A stretch of DNA of 64,000 bases from Malacoraja senta (GCA_038087875.1 CM075995.1:2048001-2112000), one strand, 5' to 3'. Positions 50,230 through 62,935 are shown, numbered from the stretch's first letter. Made by a program: numbers and translations. The notes: generated by a model not told the origin, from the letters alone.

Positions 50230-51078
50230 GGGCGTCACGGTGGCGCAGTGCTAATGTTGCTTTCTTACAGCACCAAAGACCCGGGTTTGATCCTGACTAC
50301 AGGTGCTGCCTGTATGGAGTCTGTACGTTCTCCCCGTGACCTGCGTGGGTTTTCTCTGGATGCTCCGGTTTCCTCCCACAGATTAACTACCCTCTGACTA
50401 AAGAAGTTCCTCCTCACCTCCTTTCCAAAAGAGCACCTTTTAATTCTGAGACAATAGACAATAGGTGCAGGAGTAGGCCATTCGGCCCTTCGAGCCAGCA
50501 CCACCATTCAATGTGATCATGGCTGATCATCCACAATCAGTACCCCGTTCCTGCCTTCTCCCCATATCCCTTGACTCCGCTATCTTTAAGAGCCCTATCT
50601 AGCTCTCTCTTGAAAGTATCCAGAAAACCGGCCTCCACTGCCCTCTGAGGCAGAGAATTCCACAGATTCTCAACTCTCTGTGAGAAAAAGTGTTTCCTCG
50701 TCTCCGTTCTAAATGGCTTACCCCTTATTCTTAAACTGTGGCCCCTGGTTCTGGACTCCCCCAACATCGGGAACATGTTTCCTGCCTCTAGCGTGTCCAA
50801 ACCCTTAACAATCTTATACGTTTCAATAAGATTCCCTCTCATCCTTCTAAACATCCAGAGTGTACAAGCCCAGCCGCTCCATTCTCTCAGCATATGACAG
50901 TCCCGCCATCCTGGGAATTAACCTTTTTTTTTTCTCTCTTCAGGTTTGTAGGCTAATTGGCTTGGTAAATTGTCCCTAGGGTTTGTAAGATACTGTTAGT
51001 GTGTGGGGGTCGTTGGTCAGCACGGACCCGGAGGGCCGAATGGCTTGTTTCCGCACTGTATCTCTAAGCTAAACTAAA
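50230..51078 (+). mobile_element. HE1-like SINE split by antisense CR1 fragments (~50379-50925)
   Basis: SINE head and V-domain 50230-50378, remainder 50941-51078; inner minus ORF RRMRGNLIETYK..WNSLPQRAVEA. Confidence 0.85.
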
Positions 51079-51079
51079 C

Positions 51080-51619
51080 CATGGAAATTTGGCATGCCAC
51101 CAACGACTCTTATCAACTTCTACAGATGCATCGTAGAAAGTATCCTAATGGGATGCACCACAGTATGGTTTGGCAACAGCTCTGACCATAACCACAAGAA
51201 ATTGCAGAGAGATTTGGACGTGGCCTAGTTTATCACGTTGAACAAACTCCCCACCATTGACTTAATCTACACTTCACCATCCCTTCCTGAGGCCGTGGTG
51301 GTCCCCTCTTCTCCCCTCTCCCATCGGGCAGAGGATACAGAAAAATGAAAGCACATAGCACCAGATTCTAGAATAGCTTCATCCCCGCTGTTTTCATCTA
51401 CTGTCAGTCCTCACATAGGTTAGGGTGTGGTCCCGACTTGCCAACCTACCTCATTGCGGACTTTGCACTTTTTCTGTAACTGTAACATTATATTCTGCAC
51501 TCTGGAATGTTTCTCTTTGTTGTACCTGTTGTACTTGTGTAAAGCTTTATTATACACTTGTAAAGTAGGATTTGGCTCGATAGAATGCAAAGTATTTTAC
51601 TCTATCTCGGTAGACATGA
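51080..51619 (+). mobile_element. Decayed Rex1/Babar 3' end
   Basis: KFGMPPTTLINFYRCIVESIL.GC.TVWFGNS; RFxNSFIPA. Confidence 0.78.
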
Positions 51620-51620
51620 A

Positions 51621-51917
51621 GGGCGGCACGATGGCACAGCGATAGAGTTGCTGCCTTAAAACGGCAGCAACCCCAGTTCGATCCTAACCATGGGTGCTGT
51701 CTGGACAGAGTTTGTACATTCTCCCCGTGACCTGCAGGGGTCTCTCCGGTCACCTCCCACATTCCAATGACGTACAGGTTTGTAGGTTAATTGGTTTTGG
51801 TAACATGGTAAATTGTCCCTGGGGTGTAGGATACTGTTAGTGTGCTGCGATCGTTGGTCGGCGCGGACTAGATGGGCCGAAAGACCTGTCTACCACACTG
51901 TATCATTAAAACTAAAA
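51621..51917 (+). mobile_element. HE1-like V-SINE
   Basis: Family match. Confidence 0.86.
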
Positions 51918-52397
51918 ACATGACAATCAAATGAAGCTTTTTAAATTTGACTTTCCAAATGTTTGATTGGTGTAGGTTAGCACTTTTTAAGTACGCATCC
52001 AAATACATCTTTAATAAGTTGGAGCTTTCTGTCTTCAGGAATCTTCATTTCTCCTTCTCAAAAAACTTTGGAAAAATATTTGTCCTGACACATGAGATTC
52101 TCAGCTCTCTAATTTAAAGTCAAGAAGCCTGCAGAGGGCCTTTAAAATATGAATGAAGCTATTTTAAAAACATTAAACCCAAGGAGGTCAGCGATTATGT
52201 ATTCAAATTAAATTCATTATGTATCTGGATATAACTGGAATAGCTTGGTGTGTCACTTGGAGGTTTGACATAGCTAAACAACCATCATAATCATACGAAC
52301 AATAATCATGCCATTTCCATTTCCCAAATTGAAAGTAAAATCAAAGAGAATAATGAAAAAAGTTTGATAAAATATTGTTTACAAAAGGGCAAGGTAT

Positions 52398-52612
52398 AGA
52401 AACATAGAAAAATAGGTGCAGGTGTAGACCATTCGGCCCTTCAAGCCAGGGCCATGTACAACTGCAGTAGGACCTCCTTGCTCCTTAACTCAAATCCTCT
52501 CGCTATAAAGGCCGACATACCATTAGCTTTCTTCACTGCCTGCTGTACCTGCATGCTTACTTTCAGTGACTGATGTACAAGCACACCCAGGTCTCGTTGC
52601 ACCTCCCCTTTT
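52398..52612 (-). mobile_element. Internally deleted CR1 fragment
   Basis: GEVQRDLGVLVHQSLKVSMQVQQAVKKANG joined to 3' tail. Confidence 0.8.
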
Positions 52613-52613
52613 A

Positions 52614-52895
52614 GGAGTCCTGTCATTTATAACATTGTAATGGGCAGGGGCAGGGCAAGTGGTATTAGACTTTTTAAAGTGAAGTCAATTTTTTAAAGTT
52701 TAAAAAGAGGGAGGGTGAAGAGGAAGGAGGGGGGAGTGCTGGGGGATGAGGGGAAATGAGCTGCACCTGCGCAGTTGGATGCTATGGGTGAGTGAAGGAA
52801 TATTGCATAGGTGGAATGGGTTGCGTTGGGCGAACGGGTGAATGGTGGAATATTGCGTTGGGGGAATGGGACACAATGGGTCCCACTTGGTCTAG
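52614..52895 (+). mobile_element. Helitron unit A (3' end, with an inverted internal piece at 52614-52705)
   Basis: GGGACACAATGGGTCCC hairpin then CTAG 52892-52895; 52614-52705 is the reverse complement of ~54416-54515. Confidence 0.78.
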
Positions 52896-52897
52896 TA

Positions 52898-54236
52898 TCT
52901 ATACATAGCTAAAACTATGAGCTTGTTATCTTCCGGTTTGCCTGGTCATTCTATTTGTGCAAAAAACGGTACGCTGTAGCGCTACGATTTTTCACCAGCT
53001 TACTCACCGTTCTCCTCCGCACCAAGTTTTGTTCTGATCGATGGTCTAATGTAATAGTTAGCGAGGTTTAAAAATTGCGCTGCGCAGATCGATCTACTCT
53101 CCTGCCAGTCGGCACCACGTGGATTGGTCTTTTCTCCTGTCACTCCACGGGATGGTCCGCCCCTTCCTGCGCCATCATGTCTTTACTGGAGCTGAGGGAG
53201 GCTCAGCATGGCTGGCGGAAGTCTCTAACCACACACAATTTTCGGAGGGACTGGAAGTGGCCGAAAACGGCCCGGCCCGAGTCGGAGATGTCGCCTAACG
53301 GAAAACGGAGACTCTAATCCCGGCGGAGGATAACGTCCAGCGACCAGCGACCGCTGTGACTCCACACCACACACAGTGAGTCCTCCAGCCCCTTCCCCTC
53401 TGGTCCTCCACGCTGGCTCCTGCCCTCCTCCCCCGTGATACTCCCCCCACAACCCCGTCTTTTCTCCGAGCGCTCTCCCCCACATCCCCTGCCCACAACA
53501 CCCCCCGCCTCCACACTCCCCCTCCCCCCCACACTCCCCCCAACCCCCCCACTCCGCCCCAACCCCCACAAACCCCCCTATCCTTCACAAACCCCCCCCA
53601 TGCACACACCCCTCCCCCCCGACCACACAACCCTCCCTGGCTCCACAACGCTCACTGCCCCCACAACCCACCCGTCAACTACCCCCCTTGCCCCCACATG
53701 CCCCCCCCCCACACACCCCTCCCCTCCACTACCCCCTCTTGCTCCCACATGACCCTCCCACACACCCCTCCCCTCCACTACCCCCTCTTGCTCCCACATG
53801 TCCCACCCACACACCCCGCACCCACTCCCACCCACAACCCCCCTCTCCCTCACAAGTCCTCCCCCCACAACCCCCGTCCCCCATACACCCCACCCCACCC
53901 CCCCCCCCACACCACCCCTCCCCCTCCTACACTCCCCTGTCCACACACACCCCCCTCCCCTCCCAACCCACACCTCCCTTGCCACACCCCCCCTTCCCTT
54001 CCCCTCCTCCCCTCCCACACATGAAGAGGAGGGGGAGGGAGTGCTGGGGGATGAGGGGAAATGAGCCGTGCCTGCACAGTTAGGGGTTATTGGTGCGTAG
54101 TGGAATATTGTGTTGGGGGAACGGGTTGCGTTCGGGGAATGGGTTAGTGGTGGAATAATGCGTTGGAGAATGGGTTGCGTTGGGGACCAGGCCTCCCGTG
54201 TGTCTGGGACCCAACGGGTCCCACTTAGTCGCCTAG
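52898..54236 (+). mobile_element. Helitron unit B, complete non-autonomous copy
   Basis: A|TC start, perfect hairpin GGGACCC-AAC-GGGTCCC 54206-54222, CTAG|T end. Confidence 0.92.
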
Positions 54237-55175
54237 TATATTACTAAAACTCTCATCTTGTCTATGTGCGTGTCTGTGATGAGTGTGATCCTGAAATTAC
54301 GGCAAAACGGTACACGATAGCGCTACAATTTTTGACCTACCTTACTCAGCATTGTCCTGTGGTGTGGTGTATCAAGTTTCATTCAGATTGATGTTATATG
54401 TTACAAGTTATTCACATTTTAAACTTTAAAAGACTCACTATTCACGATAAAAAAATCAAACTTTTCACTTTAAAACTTGCCCTGACCATTACGATGTTAA
54501 CAAAGACAGGACTCCCAGTGCAATGAGAGATTTGTTGCATTGTTGTAAGGAGAGGGAGGGAATGGGGAGGAGAGGAGTTGTTGTTTAATGTTATTTAAAC
54601 ATTGTGTTTAGTGGGGGAGTGGGATGGGGGGAGGTGAGGTGTGGGGGAGCAGGGAGACAGAGGGAGAGGAGGGGGGTAGGGAGGAGAGAGGGGTTATGGA
54701 GGGAGGGAGGGAGTGACTGGGGGTAGGGGAAGGAGAGGGAGGGAGTGGGGAAGGGGAGGAGAGGGGAAAGAAGAGGGAGGGTGAAGAGGAGGGGGAGGGA
54801 GTGCTGGGGGATGAAGGAGGATAGGGGTAGGAAGAGGAATGATGAGGTAATGGAGGAGGGGAGGGGGAACAGAAAGAGGGAAGGGATGAGGGTAAGGGAA
54901 AGGAGAGGGAGTGAGAGGTGAGGGAGGGAGTGGGGAAGGGATGGAGGAGAGGGGAAATAAGAGGGAGGGTGAAGAGGAGGGGGAGGGAGAACTGGGGGAC
55001 AGGGGGAATGGAGGATCCGGATAGAAAGAGGGATGGCGATGCGCAGTTGAGGAAGAGTTGCCGTGACTACGTCACAACGGGAACCCGTCAGCCGCGCCTG
55101 TGCAGTTGAGGGCTATGGGTGAGTGGTGGAATATTGAGTTGGGGGAACGGGGCCTAATGGGTCCACTTGGTCCAG
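54237..55175 (+). mobile_element. Helitron unit C
   Basis: TATATTACTAAAACTCTCATCTTG start; GA-rich tract; degenerate hairpin and CCAG end. Confidence 0.82.
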
Positions 55176-56570
55176 TATATATATATTACTAAAACTCTCA
55201 TCTTGTTTGTTTGTATATGCGTGCGTCCTGGAAACTCGGCCAAACGGTACACGATAGCGCTACAATGTTTTGGCCCACGTTACTCACTTCCTGGAGTGTG
55301 CATTAGCCAAGTTTCGTACAGATTGATGTTATATTTCAAACTTAAAATAACTTAAAAGGCGTCCCCACTTGCCGACCGCGCCTGCGCAGTTGGGGGAGGC
55401 CCATCAGCCCCGCATGTGCGCAGAGGGCCCGGTATCCGCGCTGGGGTGGGTCTGGGGGCGGGGAGAGGCCGTGCCTGGGACCCGGCCTGGGCACTGGGGC
55501 TGGGGGCGGTGGTGGCGCTACTGCTCCGAGCCCGCGGGGAGTGAGAAGAGCCTTGGCCTCTCCCTCCCCATCCCTCAGGCCTTGGGACCCGGGGCCCGGA
55601 CGCTGAGGCTGGGTCTGGGGCGCTGCTGCTCCAGGCCCGCGGGAGGGAGATGGCCGAGGCTCCTCTCAGTCCCTGTGGGCCCAGAGCAGCAGCGCCGCCG
55701 CCACCATGACCCAGGGCAAGTTCTAGGCTGTAGCCTCAGCCTCTCCCATCCCCTGCTCCAGGCCGCTCGGCCCGATACCCCCCCCCAGCCTCAAGTACAA
55801 CATCGCCAATGTGGTGGATTACATTGAGACCCTGGGGAGGTGAGGAGGGAGAATGGGGGGATTGAGGGAGAGGAGGGGGAAGGGAGGGAGAGGGAGGGGA
55901 AAGTGGGGGAGGTGAGGGAGAATGGGGGAGGAGGGTGGATAGAGGGAGAGGAGGGGGGGAGTGAGGGAGGTAGGGAGTGGGGGATAGAGGAAGTGGAAGG
56001 CAGTGGGGGAGGTGAGGAGGAAGAGTGGGATAGAGGGGAGGTGAGGAGTGGGGAGATGGGGAATAGAGGGAGAGGAGGGGGTAGGGTGGGGAGAGGGGTT
56101 ATGGAGGGAGGGAATGACTGAGGGTAGGGGAAAGGAGAGGGAGGGAGATGTGAGGAAGGGAGTGGGGGAGGGGAGGAAGAGAGGGGAAAGAACGTAGGGG
56201 AGGGGGAAGAGAGAGGAGGGGAGGGAGGGGGTGAGCCGAGTAAGCAGAGGAGGGTTGGTGGAGGGTGGGGAGAGGGAGGATAATGGAGGAGGGGAATAGG
56301 GCAATGAAGAGGGAGAGTGAGATGCGTTCACATTGATCTTATATTTTACGAGTTATTGCCATTTAAAACTTTAAAAACGTCGCAGTCGCGCTCCCACTTG
56401 CCGGTCGCGCCTGCGCAGCTAGGGGAGGGTTGCCGTGACTCGCGTCACAACGGGGATCTCTGGCGTTACAACGTGAACCCGTCAGCCGCGCCTGCATAAT
56501 TGGGGGCTATGGGTGAGTGGTGGAATATTGCGTTGGGGGAAGGGGCCCAAGGGGTCCGCACTTGGTCCAG
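55176..56570 (+). mobile_element. Helitron unit D with GC-rich cargo
   Basis: Same 5' motif as unit C; ends GGGGCCCAAGGGGTCC..CTTGGTCCAG. Confidence 0.8.
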
Positions 56571-57334
56571 GAACTAATAAACTCAAGTTTTTTAAAGTAG
56601 TTGGAAAAACAAATCTTGACTGAATTTACTGCTGGATCTGTCACAGTCATGAGCAGAAGATTAATATTTAATTCCCAGAGACTTCAGGACAAATGAAGAA
56701 AAGTTGGCAATCATTTGATCACAGATGCTGCAGAAACATTTTAACCGCCGTGGTCTTGCCCATCAAAATACCGCCTTTCTCCTGGAGTTACTGCACTTAG
56801 CTTTGCCTTTATTTTGAGATAACAAATACATATCACGATGATCTGATGATCGCATATCACAATGATCTGAGGCAAACAGTATTTCAAGTAATTGTTGACA
56901 AGCACAAGATTTGTTTGTCATTGCTACCTTCTGAGCAGTTCATCAACTGTTTAATGAAAGCAATAAATGTCTGTCTGCCTACTCATTCGTTTCGTTTTAT
57001 TGTAGTATTAATGCTAGCCTGTTGATTTATGGACCGCTGTAATCATTTGATTCCCAAAGGAATAATTACGTGGATATTGCTGAATGAAAATAAAATCACA
57101 TTGGTCGGTAGTTATTTGTTATTCATGCAGAGGCTGCAAGATTTCATGTTGCAAGATTTTGTGGATGAGGTCAAGCAGGTTCATTCCTCGTTGGTTCATT
57201 CATGACCTACCACAGTCCCAGCTGTGTCTTTCAAGTCTCAGTCAGCTCAGCCAGTGGTGCTGTAACCAAGCCACCGATGGTGGAATCCCATGCGGAATAC
57301 ATTTTGTGCCCTTGTTACCAGGAATGCTTCTGTT

Positions 57335-57645
57335 ATTTAGTGTTACAATGTGGAAACGAGGCTTTTGGCCCAACAAGTCCACGCCGACCACGCGCACATC
57401 ACGCGCACATCAGCTCCATGTTATCCCACTTTCACATCCTACACACTCGGGGCAACTTACAGCAGCAAATTGACCAACAAACCTGTGCGTCTTTGGAATG
57501 AGCAAAGAAACCAGAGCACCTGGAGAAAATCCATATGGTCGCAGGTAATACGCTCAAACTACACACAGACAGCACCCGTAGTCAGGAACGAACCTGGGTC
57601 TCTGGCGCTGTAAAGCAGCAACTCTACTGCTGCACCGGCATGCTG
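57335..57645 (-). mobile_element. HE1-like V-SINE (variant)
   Basis: Family match. Confidence 0.82.
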
Positions 57646-57821
57646 CAGTGCAAAACGGTGTCCAACACGGAGGCATACTGATTCATCAGCTGAGGGTGGA
57701 CAATAGTTGATGGTTAGGAAGAGGTGCTCGATCTGACGTCATGAAGATTCATTAAAACTGAAGCCAATGTTGAGGATCCCAGGGCTGGTACTTCCAGCCT
57801 GAACATTAAAGTACTGCCGTA

Positions 57822-58015
57822 GAATCATAGAGTGATACAGTGTGGAAACAGGCCCTTTGGCCCAACTTGCCCACACCGGCCAACATGTCCCTGCTACATT
57901 AGTCCCACCTGCTCGCGTTTGGTCCATATTCCTCCCAACCAGTCCGATCCATGGACCTGTCTAACTGTTTCTTAAGCATTGGGATGGTCCCAGCCTCAAC
58001 TACCTCCTCTGGCAG
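57822..58015 (-). mobile_element. CR1 3' end
   Basis: 3' UTR with SINE-shared tail. Confidence 0.85.
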
Positions 58016-58683
58016 TTTACCCTTTATACTGCCATCTCCAGTTGGTTTTGTTCTGCTCTTGGGTCAGGACATGCACAGCAAGTATGCAAGATATGTGAGT
58101 GCGTCTGTGTCGAGCTGTTAGCAGAATAATCTTAGGCACAGCTCTCTTAATTTAATTTTGTGAGAAGAAATCATTAAAGATTTAAGAGGCTAGGAGTGAT
58201 TTTGCTATGTCTGAATTCAATGTCTGGGTCGATATCAGGTGGTCCATCTGGTTTTATTATTTTTCTGCTTCACAAAGCAGTTTTGATATAACTGAGTGGT
58301 TTACTCAGCTATTTCAGAAGGCACTTAAGATTCCAACAGAGTTAAATTTAACCAGATCAGGCAAGGGCAGGAGATTTCTTCCTCTGAAGGAGAGCAGTCG
58401 AGGGTTTAGACATGAACATCATTTTCTTACAGCTGGCAAGGGAACTATGGGCCAAATGGTTTCTTTTTGCGCCAAAACAATTTATATCGTTGCGAAGAAT
58501 AATGTACTTTCAAACAGATGATTTTCTGCTATTTTTCCAGCACCTTTTGCTCTCACACACTTTTCTCATTGTTACCATCTTTTTCCTTTTGCTTCAAATC
58601 ACTTATGATATTCAGAAGTTCATTGCAACCTTCTGTATTCATGTAATCAACCCATCTTTTCTCTGTGAAACCTTAATTTATAC

Positions 58684-59188
58684 AGGGTGGTGAATCTGTT
58701 GAATTCTGCCACAGAAGGATGTGGAGGCCAAGTCAATGGATATTTTTAAGGCAGAGATAGATTCTTGAATGGTACGGGTGTCAGGGGTTATGGGGAGAAG
58801 GCAGAATGGAGTTAGGAGGGAGAGATAAATCAGCCATGATTGGCGGATTAGACTTGATGGGCCGAATGGCTTAATTCTGCTCCTGTCACTTATGAACCTT
58901 ATAGCTATATCGATGGATCTGAGGTGAGATGTGATGGAGCCTGATTTTCCAAGAGACAGTGCGGCACATATCAGAAATAGTGAAAGACCTGGACAGAGTT
59001 AATGTGGAGAGGATGTTTCCACTTTTGGGCGAGTCTAGGACCAGACGCTATAGCATCAGAATAAAAGGATGTACGTTTAGAAAGAAGATGAGGAGCAATT
59101 TATTTAGTTAGAGGGTGGTGAATCTGTGGAGATCATTGCCACTGAAGGATGTGGAGGCCAAGTTAATGGATATTTTTAAGGCAGAGAA
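58684..59188 (+). mobile_element. Two CR1 3' fragments
   Basis: AGGGTGGTGAATCTGT..GCCAC.GAAGGATGTGGAGGCCAAG occurs twice. Confidence 0.82.
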
Positions 59189-59215
59189 ACAGTGCCCTCC
59201 ACAATGTTTGGGACA

Positions 59216-59415
59216 NNNNNNNNNNNNNNNNNNNNNNNNNNNNNNNNNNNNNNNNNNNNNNNNNNNNNNNNNNNNNNNNNNNNNNNNNNNNNNNNNNNNN
59301 NNNNNNNNNNNNNNNNNNNNNNNNNNNNNNNNNNNNNNNNNNNNNNNNNNNNNNNNNNNNNNNNNNNNNNNNNNNNNNNNNNNNNNNNNNNNNNNNNNNN
59401 NNNNNNNNNNNNNNN
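59216..59415. other. Assembly gap (200 N)
   Basis: Run of n. Confidence 1.
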
Positions 59416-59740
59416 CCTGCCAATTCTTCCACCAGACTTAATTGACTTATTCTCATGCTGATACAAACCAGCCTCCACTCTTTTCACAGCTGCCCAATTC
59501 ATACGTTCAGCAATTAATGTACTGAATCAGATCGAAATTCTAAAATAGTAGAATATTGAAGATAGGGTCCCTTACCAAGAGATACTGGTGAATTTATAAT
59601 GGGAAACGAGGAAATGGCAGAACAGTTAAATGAGTACTTATATTCTGTTTTCACTAAGAAAGATACAAACAATCTCTCGGAAATACTAGGGGACCCAGGA
59701 TCTAGTAGGAGGGAGTAACTGAAGGGAATCCACATTAGTC

Positions 59741-60257
59741 AACCTCGTTCTATTGCATCCGCTGCTCTTGGTGTCAACTGCTCTACATCGGTGAGACCAG
59801 ACACAGGCTTGGCGATCGCTTCGCCCAACACCTCCGCACAGTTCGCAATAACCAACTGATCTCCTGGTGGCTCAGCACTTGAACTCCCCCTTCCATTCCG
59901 AATCCGACCTTTCTGTCCTGGGCCTCCTCCACGGCCAGAGTGCCATCGCAAATTGGAGGAGCAACACCTTGTATTTCGCTTGGGTAGTTTGCACCCCAGC
60001 GGTATGAACATTGACTTCTCCAATTTCAGGTAGTCCTTGCTTTCTCCATCCTTCCCTCCCCTTCCCAGCTCTCCCACAGCCCACTGTCTCCGTGTCTTCC
60101 TTTCTTCTTCCCGCCCCCACCCCCCATCAGTCTGAAAAAGGGTCTTGGCCCGAAACATCACCTATTCCTTCGCTCCATAGATGCTGCCTCACCCGCTTAG
60201 TTCTCCAGCATTTTGTCTACCTTTGATTTTCCAGCATCTGCAGTTCCTTCTTAAACA
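59741..60257 (+). mobile_element. Penelope-like element 3' part (GIY-YIG remnant plus terminal repeat)
   Basis: YCIRCSWCQLLYIGETRHRLGDRFAQHLR..KLEEQHLVFRLGSLHPSGMNIDFSNF. Confidence 0.9.
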
Positions 60258-60342
60258 TTCTATGTTTAGTACAGACTTTTAGACCAAAGGGCCTGTTTTT
60301 GTGCTTTAAAGTTCTATCAGAGAAAACTGGTATTGCATAGAT

Positions 60343-60541
60343 CAGTTTTGTTTAGAGACACAGCGTGGAAACAGGCCCTTCAGCCCAACGAGCCGACCAG
60401 CATCCCGTACATTAGCATTATCCTACACACTAGGGACAATTTACAATTTTTACCAAAGCCAATTAACCTACAAACCTTTACGTCTTTGGAATGTGGAAGG
60501 AAACTGGACATCCCAGAGAAAACCACGCAGGTCACAGGGAG
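60343..60541 (-). mobile_element. HE1-like V-SINE, 5' truncated
   Basis: Family match. Confidence 0.85.
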
Positions 60542-61199
60542 ATTGAGTGTATTCCCTGCTAGAGAAAGCCCCATCTTTGTGCTGAAATGGAGGAACACTC
60601 ATCCTAGACCTGAAAACAGGCCATTCATCCTGTTCCTGGTGAAGTGTCCAGTGCACTGTCAATAATAGATTAAGATTGGGGATAAGTAAACTCCTATTAT
60701 GATTTTAATAATATTATCACCTTTTCCCAAATGCTACTGACCTGCTGAGCATTTCCAACATTTTCTATTTTTATTGCGACTTTCCTGCATCTGCAGATTT
60801 TCTTTTATTTTCACTTATCCTGTCTATATTTCCCTAAAACATCTCCACATTTCCTCCTTACCAGCACTACGACTTGACTTGGCACCACCTGAAAACTTGG
60901 ATGGATGACATTTTAGAAAATGTCATCCCAATCGCTGATCTGAAACCGCAGGGGTCCCAACATCAATCCCAGCCTCACACCCCTCGTCTCAGCCTCCCAA
61001 CCTCTCGTCTTTTTCTGCTTGTTGTTTTTAGTCTGTTGTTCAATGTATGTTTTCGGTGTGCCTTTCGTTTTTCATTATTGGGGGGGGGGGGAACTTTATT
61101 TATCTCTTTCCTCGACGGAGATGCGACTTTTTTTTGTATCGTATCTCCATCCGTGCTGCAGCCTAACATCATGGAACTGGCGGCTTCTTGCTGGGGATC

Positions 61200-61380
61200 G
61201 ACCTCGGAGCTCCAACCACGGGCGCCTGAAGACTTGTGACCTCGGGAGCTCCAAGCCACAGGAGCTTCGACCGCCCTGACGCGGAACTTCGACCGCTACG
61301 ACGTGGGGAGCTTTGATCACCGGCTATGGGAGCTTCGATCGCCCCGACTGCGGATGGTTCGACTGCCCCGACCACGGGAG
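61200..61380 (+). repeat. Imperfect ~22-24 bp tandem repeat within an unclassified GC-rich element (~60975-61565)
   Basis: GGAGCTTCGA(C/T)CGCCCCGAC-like units x6-7. Confidence 0.75.
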
Positions 61381-61576
61381 AAAAGGAGGAAAGAAGATAA
61401 GACTTTATTGCCTTCCATCACAGTGGGGAATGTGGTGGAGCTACTGTGGTGGATGTTTATGTTAATATTTATGTAGTTGTGTGTCTTGTTGCTTTTTTTG
61501 GTATGACTGTATGGCAAAAATCAAATTATTTGTACACTGCAAAACATACTTGGCTAATAAATGTATTACGATTTCA

Positions 61577-61870
61577 TCAGCTAGCCCCGCATTCCCCTTC
61601 TCTCTATCCCTACCCCACCCAAGTCGTTTTCGCTCAACAGCTAACATTGGCCTGTTCCTTTATCATCGTTACTTTTTTGCATATCTTTCATTAATTTTTC
61701 TTTATCTCTCTACATTATCGTCTATATCTCTTGTTTCCCTTATCCCTAACCAGTCTGAAGAAAACGTCACCCATTCCTTCTCTCCAGAGATGCTGCCTGT
61801 CCCACTGAGTTACTCCAGCATTCTGGTGTCTCTCTTCGGTTTAAACCAGCATCTACAGTTCCTCCTACAC
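61577..61870 (+). mobile_element. Penelope terminal repeat (hammerhead stem II deleted)
   Basis: CAGTCTGAAGAAAACGTCACCCATTCC..; homologous to 31690-31912. Confidence 0.8.
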
Positions 61871-62392
61871 ATTAGTTCATCAGCAATGAACATGGACATT
61901 GGTATGACCATGGGGCATTAAAGTTGAATATGATTAACTGCAATCAATACAAAACAGTCTGAGTGATCTTGAAAAGACCTTGAAGCCTTTAGAAATGTGA
62001 CCAGTGAAATAATATTGACAAATCAAGGGGAAAATGTCTTCAAATGGCATTCGCTTTTTACTTATTTGGAGACATGCCCGGAAATTAAATGTTTTATTTT
62101 TACCCTGTCCATGGTTAAGATGAAAGTAAAACATAAATATTTTGACAAATATTTAGAAAGCCCTAAAGCAAAATACTGCAGATGCTGGAAATTAGATATT
62201 AAAAACATTCAAAAGATCAAACACTAACTATGAACAAAGCATCCAACAATGACCTTTCATCAGAGCTCTTGGACTATCTGGCCATCAATATTTATACCCA
62301 CAATATTTGTTAATCTTATTAAGCCATAGTTTACACTAATCATCACAAGAAGTGGGCAATGTAGAACAAGATTCAAACTTCGGAACACAAGG

Positions 62393-62935
62393 TGTGTACG
62401 AAAAAACTACAGATGCTGGTTTAACACCGAATATAGACACAAAAAGCAGGAATAACTCAGCGGGTCAGGAAGATATAAGGTATTGGTGACGTTTCGGGTC
62501 GAGATCCTTCTTCAGACTGAGAGTCAGCGAAGAGAGAACGAGAGATACGAAAAGGTACATAGAACAAATTAATAAAATATATGCAAAAAAGACAGTTCAA
62601 AGCCAGCAACAATGATCAAGGAAAGGTGGAGCCCACAATGGTTCATTGTGGGTGACAAGCTATACATACAGTTGAAACTTAGCAGGACATAAAAACATAG
62701 AAGGAGGCCACACGACAGTGGAAACTATTACGACGACTAGGGTGGGAGAGGGACGGAGATGGAGAGGGGTTGCAAGAGTTACTTGAAGCTAGAGAGATCA
62801 ATATTCATACTGCTGAGTTGTTTGCTGTCAAATGAAATATGAAGTGCTGTTCCTCCAGTTTACGCTTGACCTCACTTTGACAGTGGAGGAGGCCCAAAAC
62901 AGAAGTCAGTGTGGGAATGGGAGTGGGGGGTGGGT
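62393..62935 (-). mobile_element. Penelope 3' fragment with hammerhead core
   Basis: Minus strand CTGAAGA-AGGATCTCGACCC-GAAA-CGTC at 62488-62515; homologous to 4319-4720. Confidence 0.85.

Noticed and set aside
53225..56331. Pro-rich and Gly-rich ORFs (also 25384-25882 and 27744-28505)
   Set aside because: They arise from stop-poor G/C tracts inside Helitrons and show no domain signal.
56828..56871. C/D-box snoRNA (TGATGA..CTGA)
   Set aside because: The boxes are under 30 nt apart and come from a small 24 bp tandem duplication.
59190..59215. Tc1-like TIR start CAGTGCCCTCC..
   Set aside because: Only 26 bp lie before the assembly gap, with no TA flank or partner TIR, so it cannot be supported.
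59115..59502. ORFs spanning X residues
   Set aside because: Artefacts of the 200-N gap.
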